Both the position numbers and the translations under genes were made by a program. Of a stretch of 64,000 nt of DNA, positions 51,987 through 64,000 are shown piece by piece. The stretch comes from Octopus vulgaris (lineage: Eukaryota). The stretch spans positions 120,838,001 to 120,902,000 of the forward strand of contig OX597820.1 of assembly GCA_951406725.2 (NCBI GenBank), in the 5' to 3' direction. Under the pieces are notes generated by a model. That model was not told the DNA's origin and searched no databases. It saw nothing but the letters and a program-made list of their open reading frames with translations. Every line of letters begins with the position of its first letter. Position 1 is the first letter of the stretch.

Positions 51987-52507
51987 CCACAAATATAAAC
52001 AAATATACATGCTTACGCAAACAAGCACATTGACAGAGACAGACGGGGACACACACATATACACACAAACTCACATATATGTAAGAGTGCAGAGAAAGAG
52101 CGAGAAAGAGAAAGAGATAGACAGACAAACAGACAATTAGACAGAGAGCGACATGCATTGAGAGAGAGAGAGTGAGAGAGAGAGAGAGCATTGAAGAAAA
52201 CAAGGACGCAATGACATTAAGAGAAAGAGAAACGAAAGTTTAGAATTAGCTTGAAACAGGTTTGGACGAGAGATTTCCAGTCTTTAATAACCTAAGACAT
52301 CTACTGGGAAATAGACGTTTTCCGCTTTCCTTTTTACATTGTAATCCTTAGTATACGTTGCGTGGCTTTGTTATTTTAATTACTGTGTACTACAAGCTAA
52401 CATACTGGAGTCTATCTATATCTATATGAATTGCTGAATACAGTGATGCCGTGTATATATGACTGTGCATGTACGTATATATTATAGACACACACGCACA
52501 CACTCAT

Positions 52508-52554
<47 letters not shown>

Positions 52555-52640
52555 AACATTTTTTTCTTTCTCACTGGACCGCTGACGGCGAAAAATTCTC
52601 TTGAATCTTTTGCTACCCTGATATTGATTAATTAATAATA

Positions 52641-52719
<79 letters not shown>

Positions 52720-53069
52720 ATATATATATACATACATATATATATATGTGTGAGTTGTCTATTTAGTCGAGGTAATGTACATATAGATGTATACGTATAT
52801 CTCACACACTCACACACACGAACAACATTGTAATCATCATCAATATCGTCGTAATTTCCTTTTTATAAGCCAAAGGATTAAGTCAAGTGGTTTGTACTGA
52901 TATGGCAGACTGTTTATAACGAAGACTTATTGTCTTAAGACGCACTTAATCACTCAGTTCTCTAATTCTATTAAAAGAAAAGGAAATAACCAAAATCAGT
53001 TCAAAAAGTGAATGTTATTAACAGACCAAATGAGTGAAACCGATTACATGTTCTCTGTACATGTGCATG

Positions 53070-53116
<47 letters not shown>

Positions 53117-54039
53117 ATATATATATATATAGGCATACATATATATAAATAATATATATATATATATGCATATATGCATATGTATATACTTACTTACATC
53201 TTTATGTATATATATATGCATATGTGGGCACAGGATGTCACGAAACGTGTACAACGAAAAAGTACGAAGCACGAGTACATGGAACACTGAAAGACATCAA
53301 TGAGAAACAAAACAAATAAAATAGGGAACGACCCTTCACCAGTAGTTGGTCGTTTTTCTAGTCTCGTATTTCGAGTATTTAACAACAATATACGCTATAG
53401 AAAAGATTGTTTGCTAATATAAACGTCGCAGTACTGTTTAGGACTAATGCTGGTGTAATTTAGCACCAGGAGACATCGTCTCCAGCTGGCTATACAACAC
53501 GATCTGTGTCCTTATATTTTCGAACAAGGGAATCTAGCGCCCCCACTCAGCTCAAAACAACATCTCTGTATCACGATTTCTAGGTTATATCTCTTCATCG
53601 GCCCAGAACTATTGCTCGGCTAGAGGTGGCGCTGCCAAATTCCCGTTCGAAATATATAGTGACAACTCGTTACTGATTTATAAATTAGAAGATTACTATT
53701 TTCAGATCTCACAACGTGAGATATTCAGCAACAGTACTTTGTAGGAAAGATATACGCTTTCGATAATATACTCTTTCGATAAAGCAGTTGCTCCCGCAAA
53801 GCAAATTAAGTAAAGCAAATTGGAATGGGCAAAAACGTAGAAGCATCTGGTTGAAAAGTAAATTTCTTACTACAAAGTTTATAAATACAAACATACCCAC
53901 AGGAAGGTCCACGCATGCATGTATGTATGCGTGTGCGTGTGTGTTTAATGTTGGTACTCATTTAAACAACGTTGCTTCTCGAAATTTCCTGTTCTGTGAC
54001 GATATTCTGAAACATTTGACTACATTATATAAATAATAA

Positions 54040-54075
<36 letters not shown>

Positions 54076-54104
54076 TCAAAATAAGCAACAAGAATGACTC
54101 CGGT

Positions 54105-54195
54105 AATTTGGTACGATCGTTTCGTACTACATCATTTTATTAAATGTTGTAAGTATTAAAACAGATTTAAGATGATGAGTACTCATCAGCCAATT
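54105..54195 (-). ncRNA. Canonical-core type I hammerhead ribozyme with a long stem II
   Basis: ttgg-CTGATGA-gtac...gtac-GAAAC-gatc-GTA-ccaa. Confidence 0.85.
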
Positions 54196-54350
54196 ATAGA
54201 GGTTTTCCATTAATACAAACATTTTCAAATCAAGTGGCAACATTATAGAGAAGGTAGATATACAGACAAAGATGTGGATTTAAATTTTAAGAACATATGA
54301 AGTAGTACAATCCTTCCACTGACTGATTCAGATATGGTTGTTCCTGACTG

Positions 54351-54386
<36 letters not shown>

Positions 54387-54389
<3 letters not shown>

Positions 54390-54684
54390 CGAAGGATTGA
54401 CTGTGTGGTAAGTAGCTTGCTAACCAACCACATGGTTCCGGGTTCAGTCCGACTGCGAGTGTTTTCTACTATAGCCTCTCCCCTATCAAAGCCTTGTGAG
54501 TGGAATTGTTAGACGGCAACTGAAAGAAGCCCGTCGTATATATGACCACCGATGCTGGTGTGTTTAGGTCCCCATAACTTAGTGGTTCGGCAAAAAAAGA
54601 CCGATATAATAAGTCCTAGGCTAACAAAGAATTAGTCCCTGGGTCGATTTGGTCGACTAAAGGCGGTGCTCCAACATAGCCACA
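54387..54684 (+). mobile_element. SINE-C with deletions
   Basis: Head ctgtgtggtaagtagcttgctaacc; tail ggcggtgctcca. Confidence 0.85.
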
Positions 54685-54704
54685 ATCTATATTTATATAT
54701 ATAT

Positions 54705-55001
54705 AATGGCCCAGTGGTTAGGGCAGCGGACTCGCGGTCGTAGGATCGCGGTTTCGTTTCCCAGACCGGGCGTTATAATTGTTTATTGAGCGAAAACACC
54801 TAAATGCTCTACGAGGTTCCGGCAAGGGGTGCTGATCCCTGCTGTACTCTTTCACCACTCTTTCTCCCACTCTTCCTTCTGTTGGCCTGCTCGCTTAGCC
54901 TGCGGAGTGGCGTCATTCGAAGGCTAAAACACTGCGAACGCATTGTGACCAGCGATGTGTAACAACATCTGATGGTCTGGTCGGTCACGTGATCACGGTG
55001 A
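54705..55001 (+). mobile_element. SINE-B, tail type 1
   Basis: Collinear with 43523-43827. Confidence 0.88.
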
Positions 55002-55023
55002 TATATATATATATATATATATA

Positions 55024-55549
<526 letters not shown>

Positions 55550-55644
55550 GGTCCCGGGTTGAGTCGGGGTTAACCACAGTAAATAAGGTACTCAATACAT
55601 AGCAGAGTAAATTAATTTAGAAGCTCCTTCTATAAAATAAAATA

Positions 55645-55718
<74 letters not shown>

Positions 55719-56373
55719 CATATACATATTTATATATGCATATATGTTATGTATGTATGTAGACTTGTGATATATTGCGCACACATAACGTTCCAAAGCC
55801 GGCTACTAAACGAGATTTCTCTTCCGATTTCTCTCGGCTGATTATATTATTCCCGTGAGGGATCGTATTTTTGGGTGTATTTTTGTCAGATTATGTATGT
55901 ACTCGCTTCAATGTGCAATTTACGCTACTAAATTTCTATGGTTTCTATCTTCGCATCTATCTTAATCCATTTACGCTGTTTCTCTATCACACAAACTTAT
56001 AAGTTGCGTCGTTGACATTTTAGTCTTAAGATTCCTCCGTCAACCATTTTCAATATCTTAAATGAAAATAAATAAAGAAAGAAATGAGACAAAATCCATT
56101 GTAGATTGAAGGAAAACCCGAGAAAGCAATGTAAAACTATCAATGAAAACGATACAACTGCCAAATAAGCTTGATTCTATCGGAGTGTTTATCAATTAAA
56201 CGAATTGTATTACAATATTTGTGAGTCGTGTATATATACTTGTGTGTACTTACTGACAAACAGACACTCATATGGGCGTTTGCCGATGTAAATGTGTAAT
56301 GTCTGTTTTTATAGGTACGTAGATACAGAAATAAAGATTTTCACGGATTTATTTTAATTCGTGTAAATATTTT

Positions 56374-56780
56374 CTTTTACTTGTTTCAGTTATTTGACAG
56401 TGGCCATGCTGGAGCACCGTCTTTAGTCGAGTAAATCGACCCCAGAACTTATTCTTTGTGAGCCTAGTACTCATTCTATCGCCTCTTTTGCTGAACCGCT
56501 AAGTTACGGAGATGTAAACTCACCGGCATCGGGTGTCAAGCGATGTTGGGGGGAAACACAACACACAAACATATACACACACATGCATATATTTATAAAC
56601 ATATATATACATATATACTACGGGTTTCTTTCAGTTTCCCTCTACCAAATCCACTCACGAGGCTTCGGTCGGGGAGAGGCTATAGTAGAAGACACTTGCC
56701 CAAGTTGCCACACAGCAGGACTGAACCCGAAACCATGTGGTTGGTAAGCAAGCTACTTACCACAAAGCCACTCCTACACC
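56374..56780 (-). mobile_element. SINE-C
   Basis: Collinear with 55024-55444. Confidence 0.88.
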
Positions 56781-56886
56781 TATTGTTGTCAAAAAACGAA
56801 CAAATTTAATTTTGATTTTCACGTAGATGCGTAGAGAGTAAATTTCAGTGCAGTTGATCCATTATTCAAATATATGTCACCACTGA

Positions 56887-56987
56887 TACATCCGCCTACA
56901 TGCGTAGGGGCAGCTAAAATACATGGAAAGCGATCGGCAGCCATACATCTGCCTACATGCGTAGGGGCAGCTAAAATACATGGAAAT
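56887..56987. repeat. Two units of the 57-bp repeat
   Basis: cctacatgcgtaggggcagctaaaatacatggaaa occurs twice. Confidence 0.9.
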
Positions 56988-57409
56988 TCTATGTCTTTAA
57001 CGAACATCAAAAAGGAAAAAAAAAGAAGCCAAATTTTTGTAAAATGAGTGAGACGCTTATAAGTTTGATATTTTGTAATCCCCTTTATTTGGAACTGCGA
57101 CAAATTTGACCTTCATATTTATTTGTCCCTTTTTATATTATTCCAAATGCCCTAATAACAATGGATAATGTTGTTGTTTGGAGTCGTCGCATTCGTTTGA
57201 TATCAATCTCCGTGTCATTATATTTGCTCAGTCATTCAACTGCATTCACTAAGATGTTTGCTTTTAACCGGGGCTGCAACATGCACCGAAAGACGTATCT
57301 TTTCAATAAGATTTTACAATGACATGTGGTCAGCTAACCTAAATACCCTGGTCAGTCTGAAAAGTGAAATTCGAAATGAAAATGAAATATGGCAAAGTAT
57401 GTCTATTCA

Positions 57410-57808
57410 GACCGGCAGCCATACTTCCGTGTACATACGTAGGGGCAGCTAAAATACATGGAAGGCGACCGGCAGCCATACATCCGCCTACATACGTAGG
57501 GGCAGCTAAAGTACATGGAAAGCGACCGGCAGCCATACTTCCGTGTACATACGTAGGGGCAGCTAAAATACATGGAAAGCGACCGGCAGCCATACTTCCG
57601 TGTACATACGTAGGGGCAGCTAAAATACATGGAAAGCGACCGGCAGCCATACATCCGCCTACATACGTAGGGGCAGCTAAAGTACATGGAAAGCGACCGG
57701 CAGCCATACTTCCGTGTACATACGTAGGGGCAGCTAAAATACATGGAAGGCGACCGGCAGCCAAACATCCGCCTACATGCGTAGGGGCAGCTAAAATACA
57801 TGGAAAGC
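57410..57808. repeat. 57-bp tandem array, 7 units
   Basis: gaccggcagcc at 57410, 57467, 57524, 57581, 57638, 57695 and 57752. Confidence 0.97.
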
Positions 57809-58407
57809 ACAAATGATGTATAGACGTAGCAATAAAGTACAGTATCCACTCTCCTAGTATTGAGGAACTCGTTTTAAAATTTTCAAAGAATAAAATGTTT
57901 AAAAATAAAAATTCAAAATAAAATGACGCAAGAAAAATGGTAAAACAATTCTAGAATTCTTAAAATTTCAAAAGTAATCAGACACCATTTTTCTTTTATC
58001 TGGATCCATGTATATGCAGGAAATGATATTTTAGATGCAAAGTGTAAAAATATATTGAATGCTTTAGAAGACAGGAAAAAAAAAGACATTAAGAATAAAT
58101 GAATAAGAACATGAAAGGCATTCACAGATAAAGAGAGGCTAACACGCACAAGCAAGGATAGGCGCAGAAGGAAATTATATATACGTGCGCGGGGGGAGAG
58201 TGAGGGAGGGAAGAGAATAGGGGAAGGAGGAAGAGAGAGAGGGGGAGGGAGATGGGGAACGGTCGATCGAAGACTGGTGTTCTTAAAGCTAGTCTTGAAA
58301 GGTTACTTAACACCTGAATAATGCAAAACATCAAAACGAGATATTACTTTTAAGAATTGCAGCTGTTGTTCGCATAATGTATAATTTTGCATGTACGTAT
58401 GTGTATG

Positions 58408-58451
<44 letters not shown>

Positions 58452-59536
58452 GAGGGAAAGAGAGAGAGAGTGAGATGTATATAATGTGTGTTATATGATG
58501 ATTGTAAAACATTAAAATATTCTAGAAAAGAGACACAGGTATTAGGAATTTTATATCATATGTAAGATTATATTATTGTGAACATCAATCGAATGGGTAT
58601 GTTAGGTATGTTTGACTAATCTTGTGATGAAAAGCTTTCATTCCTGCCCATCAGGTATCTTTGTCCTTACCACCACTACAGGTTCAAATGCAGTTTCTGC
58701 TTTCTAACTAGTAGATGACTAAGCTACTATAGTTAGGAGATGTTGCTGCTGTTTCTAGCGGCAAAATAGTCCAATGTACAAACATAAATAATGAAATCTC
58801 AAGAACAGAGGTTTGAGTAACTAAATAGATTGAATCTATCAAAGAAAAGATGGCAGAGATGATGATGAAGAGGATCAGCAGGATTAGGCGAAGAGAGAGA
58901 GAGAGAGGAGAAATTTCATTGTAATCAATGATATTTTTACACGTTTATAAACATTTCCATTTCCTCGTCTATATCATCTTGGCATCCAACTCCGCCATCA
59001 CCATGAACGCCATCTTCATCCCCACCATTATTTGAACACTTAACTCTGCGTGTATGTGTGTGTGTGTGTGTGTGTGTAGTTATCTTGAAGATATAATAAA
59101 CCTCTCATAGGGATAGTTTTATCCAAGCTACCCTGGTTTAATATATTATACTATGAAGATATAATTCTTCAATAAATGTATCATACAAATATCAAATATT
59201 ATGTATGAATATAGAGAGACATAATGGATATAAATTAATTTTTAATTAATTAGCATTGCCTACAATTGATTCAATTTACTCTCAATACGAATTACAAAAC
59301 ATGTAATATAAAATAAATTTGCATTTTTTTAAAGATTTTGAGTGAAATATCTTTAGGACAAAAAGGACATTATGGAATTTACATGTGAATCAGTTGAGGT
59401 AATCCAATATAATATCAAAAATCCAAATCTGTTGGAGATCGTCAACTGATTGACATGTAAACTCTGTTGTCATATTTGCTCTGCAGATATTTCACTCAAA
59501 ATATTTAATAAATGCAAAATTTTATTATAATATATA

Positions 59537-59846
59537 TCACCGTGATCACCGTGTCCGACCAGGCTATCAGATGTTGCTACACATCGCTGGTCACAATGCG
59601 CTTCGCATTGTTTTAGTCTTTAAATGACGCCACCCCGCTGGCTAAGCGAGCAGGCCAACAGAAGAAAGAGTGAGAGAAAGTTGTGGCGAAAGAGTACAGC
59701 AGGGATCGCCACCATCCCCTACCGGAGCCTCGTGGAGCCTTAGGTGCTTTCGCTCAATAGACACTCACAACGCCCGGTCTGGGAAACGAAACTGCGATGC
59801 TACGACCGCGAGTCCGCTGCCCTAACCACTGGGCTATTGCGCCTCC
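59537..59846 (-). mobile_element. SINE-B, tail type 1
   Basis: Collinear with 31749-32059. Confidence 0.9.
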
Positions 59847-59853
59847 ACATAAT

Positions 59854-60185
<332 letters not shown>

Positions 60186-60429
60186 TTATTTCATTATATT
60201 GGCCATAAAGGCCTTACATAGAGATAGGAAGCTGTGGGCTGGACACAGACATAATGTTATATGAAATGAAAATGATGATTAATGGGGGGAAAAGCGACGC
60301 CCGTCGATCGTTCACCAGAACATTGATGTTTTATGTTATTCATGCGGCAACAAACCTATTACATTGTTCCTAATCCAATAAAATGAGGCTCTAATCCCCA
60401 TACCTTTTTTTTTCTAAACTAGTAACTTT

Positions 60430-61160
60430 CAATAACACTGAGGCTTTTTTCAACCGCTCAACCATGTTCCTCCCCAACATCGTTTGTGACCCCATCCTGG
60501 GCCATCACCCACGCCCCATTCAAGCACAAGGCGGGTGCCGTGTTGGCATCGCCCGGCCACAAGCGATATTCCCCGTTGAGTACCTGCAGCGTACACAACA
60601 CGGGCAACGTTATGACCTCCACAGCTATCTGTGGAAGCCATTCGGGATCTCGTGTGCAGGCTAAAGGTACCCCCTTATGGTGCTTTTTCAACACCTTTGC
60701 GGAAAAGCATTTATTTTAGTTTTCTGATTAGACTCAAGGTATACAATTCCCTGGTAAGTTTCTGTATGGGTGTGACAGCTGGCAGGGAGAGAAGAATCAG
60801 GACATTTGAATACAAGTGCACAAGAAATCTGCAACGCAAATAACACAAAACAAATAGCTTTGTCAGGCAACAAGCCACTAAGAAGGCTACACACCGGAAT
60901 CATTAATCATACAGGTGAAATGCAAATTTTTGCCAGGTACTGGAACGTACTCTGTCACAACTCACTGCCCAAACCATATTTAGGGGGTACAGATGAGTGA
61001 AGACGTAAGTGAGAGGAATAGGGAAGAGTCTGATTTGATAACATCAAGGACTAGATACGTCAAAACTCTGCGCCCCAGCTACGCATGACAGAGAAATGTG
61101 GCAAGGGCTGACTGCAAAAGCGTCTACAGTGGCACACCGATAAACTCCTGCACCATTTAA
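60430..61160 (+). mobile_element. Degenerate RTE-derived element, possibly internally deleted
   Basis: RLKVYNSLV...ERRIRTFEYKC...FDNIKD RTE C-terminal motifs; gatgacgat tail; GC-richer non-coding 5' part. Confidence 0.6.
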
Positions 61161-61176
61161 AGTTAATTGATGACGA

Positions 61177-61215
<39 letters not shown>

Positions 61216-61222
61216 ATGATGA

Positions 61223-61332
<110 letters not shown>

Positions 61333-61411
61333 CATATATATATATGCGTGTGTATGCGTGTACGTGTGTCTCTCACTATATATTATAGACACACGTACAC
61401 GCATACACACG

Positions 61412-61511
<100 letters not shown>

Positions 61512-61800
61512 ATCCAAACACATATATATATAATTCAGAACTACATTTATACAAATTACATTTATTATTTTTTTTTTTTTTGCAATTTTGAGAAAGTGAA
61601 TATTAAGAAAATAGTTAAAATAATTTTATTGGAAATTATTTCCTTGTGTATTATAGTATTAAATTTGATAGCTGAAGCTCGGCTCGAAAATCTATTAAAA
61701 TTCATTGGGAGAAATCTGCTGAGAGAAATCTTGTATTAAAATTCTAATTTTAATTTAATCAAAGAAGATAAACTCCTCTGAGATAATAATAATAATAATG

Positions 61801-61873
<73 letters not shown>

Positions 61874-61938
61874 TGATGATGATGATGTTGATGATTATGA
61901 TGATGTTGATGATTATGATGATGTTAATAGTAATAATA

Positions 61939-61984
<46 letters not shown>

Positions 61985-62128
61985 TGATGATGATGATGAT
62001 GTTGATGATGATAATGATGATAATAGTAATAATAATAAATATAATTATCATCATTATTATTATTATTGTTATTATTACTATTATCATCATCATCATCATC
62101 ATCATCATCATCGTCATCATCATCATCA

Positions 62129-62189
<61 letters not shown>

Positions 62190-62192
62190 CTA

Positions 62193-62300
<108 letters not shown>

Positions 62301-62506
62301 GTTGTTGCATTTCAGTTGGGTTTGGGAGCAGATTATAATTATCATCATCATCTTCATCATCCTCACATCATCATCATCATCGTCGTCATCATTATCATCA
62401 AAATGCTCGTTGTCGTTGTCATCGTTATCATTATCATGAACCTTGTCATTAATTCAAGGAGAGAATTTCTAAAAAGTCCAGCTACATCCTAGAAATAGCA
62501 GCAAAA

Positions 62507-62550
<44 letters not shown>

Positions 62551-63044
62551 AATCGCACAAGTCTGATCTGAATAATGAAAGAGGAAAGAAGAATTATTAC
62601 ATAACTTTAAAATATTGGGTGGTTACGAATATATTAGGCATACATAAATTCTTTCCACCATTTCACGGAATACTCCGTGTCAGTAAGATCACTTTTATCG
62701 TCCATTGTCGACATGATGATGATCATCATCATCATCGTCGTCATCATCGTCATGATTTTTTGTTGTCATTTTGGGTAGTGGTATGTCATTTTTAATATAA
62801 GTGAACAACAGTAATTATACATATATCTACGAATATATATGCGTGTGTGTGTGTTTGTGTGCCTGTGTGTGTGTATGTGTGTGGAGGCAGTTATATGGAT
62901 AAACAAATAAAATCTGTCAGTTTGGGTTTGATATCCAAAATATATGCAACTGTATACATGCAAACCGAAATAAAACAAAGAATGAAGATTTTTCAGATGA
63001 TTAATATTTAATCATCTGAAAATCATCTGATAATAGTTAATCAT

Positions 63045-63400
63045 CTGCATGGTGCCAAAGATTCCAACATCACCATCAAAATACAGGACCAGATGCTGCA
63101 ACAGAATGGGTTTCAGAGGACCACAGCTCTTTAACATCCTCCCTAAATGCCTGAGAGACTAGCATGGTGTGGATATGGGTTTCTTTAAAACCAAACCGGA
63201 TCTCTTCTTGTCGGGGGTCCCAGATGAACCTACCTCACGACAGGAGACACAGATGCGGGCAGCGGCATCGAACTCCCTTGTTGACCAACTGCCACGTATG
63301 AGAGGTGGATTCACATATTAGTGTAGCTCATTCAGCGGTGGTGCCCCAGCATAGCCGCAGCCTTAGGGCATAGACATTTTTAACGATTTAAGGATTTAAG
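63045..63400 (+). mobile_element. CR1/L2-group LINE 3' end
   Basis: GFRGPQLFNILPKCLRD*HGVDMGFFKTKPDLFLSGVPDEP; 3' UTR ending in gatttaag repeats. Confidence 0.75.
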
Positions 63401-63721
63401 TATAAATACATAGATATTGATAGATTAATCGATCAAACTCAGAGTACAAACAACAGAGAAAATTAAAGAAATGCAAGTACGGTGTTATATGACCGACAGC
63501 TGTTTCTAGGAGCTCGGAGATCCATTATAATGCCAGTAGATGTAGTTCACCAAAATATGCAGACAGTAATGAAAACACTTGCACGTTAGATAAATCGAAC
63601 TTCCATCATCAGGATAGAAAAATTCTTACATTTCAAATTCTCTATAACCACTGACGATTTTGTGTAGGATCGAAACTTCAACTTCACTTCCATTTTTGCA
63701 GAGCGTCAAATTAATACCTCT

Positions 63722-63748
63722 TCTTTGCTTTTCATTCCCCTGTCTCTT

Positions 63749-63815
<67 letters not shown>

Positions 63816-63922
63816 TCCTCTCTCTCTCTCTCTCTTTCTTGTTAATGTACAGTTTTGATAAGTTTGTGTGTGCGCGTGTGTGTGTGTATGAGTGCGTGCG
63901 CATGCACACAGACACACACACG

Positions 63923-63994
<72 letters not shown>

Positions 63995-64000
63995 CATATC
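63722..64000. repeat. (CT)n, (TG)n, (CA)n and (TA)n microsatellites
   Basis: Direct observation. Confidence 0.95.

Noticed and set aside
53322-53360. ctggtgaaggg hairpin as a hammerhead
   Set aside because: No GAAA or cleavage triplet in the right geometry
57339-57849. 150-aa repeat ORFs on both strands
   Set aside because: Follow from a 57-bp stop-free unit, with no supporting gene structure

Overview
AT-rich, microsatellite-saturated animal genomic DNA with no host protein-coding gene that I can support. The SINE repertoire suggests a coleoid cephalopod, probably Octopus (inference from recalled tRNA-Arg-derived OR1/OR2-type SINEs). The main element is a full-length, lightly mutated ~5.4 kb L1/Tx1-clade retrotransposon (32863-38300, minus) inserted with a 16-bp TSD into the tRNA-like head of a SINE. 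Also present: RTE, CR1-like, R4-like, Tx1, Penelope-like (PLE) and mariner fragments, two non-autonomous Helitrons, three main tRNA-derived SINE families (called A, B and C here), and 61-, 107- and 57-bp tandem arrays. Most notable: (1) a PLE terminal module reading GIY-YIG-like stop codon, tRNA-like Pol III promoter, microsatellite, hammerhead ribozyme; (2) about eight hammerhead-like motifs in PLE-type remnants, including non-canonical cores; (3) two SINE/LINE 3'-tail matches (SINE-A with Tx1, SINE-C with a CR1-like LINE); (4) an 11-unit hairpin-plus-pseudoknot array in an RTE 3' UTR. All calls are by eye. Family names are recalled rather than searched, and boundaries of degenerate copies are approximate.
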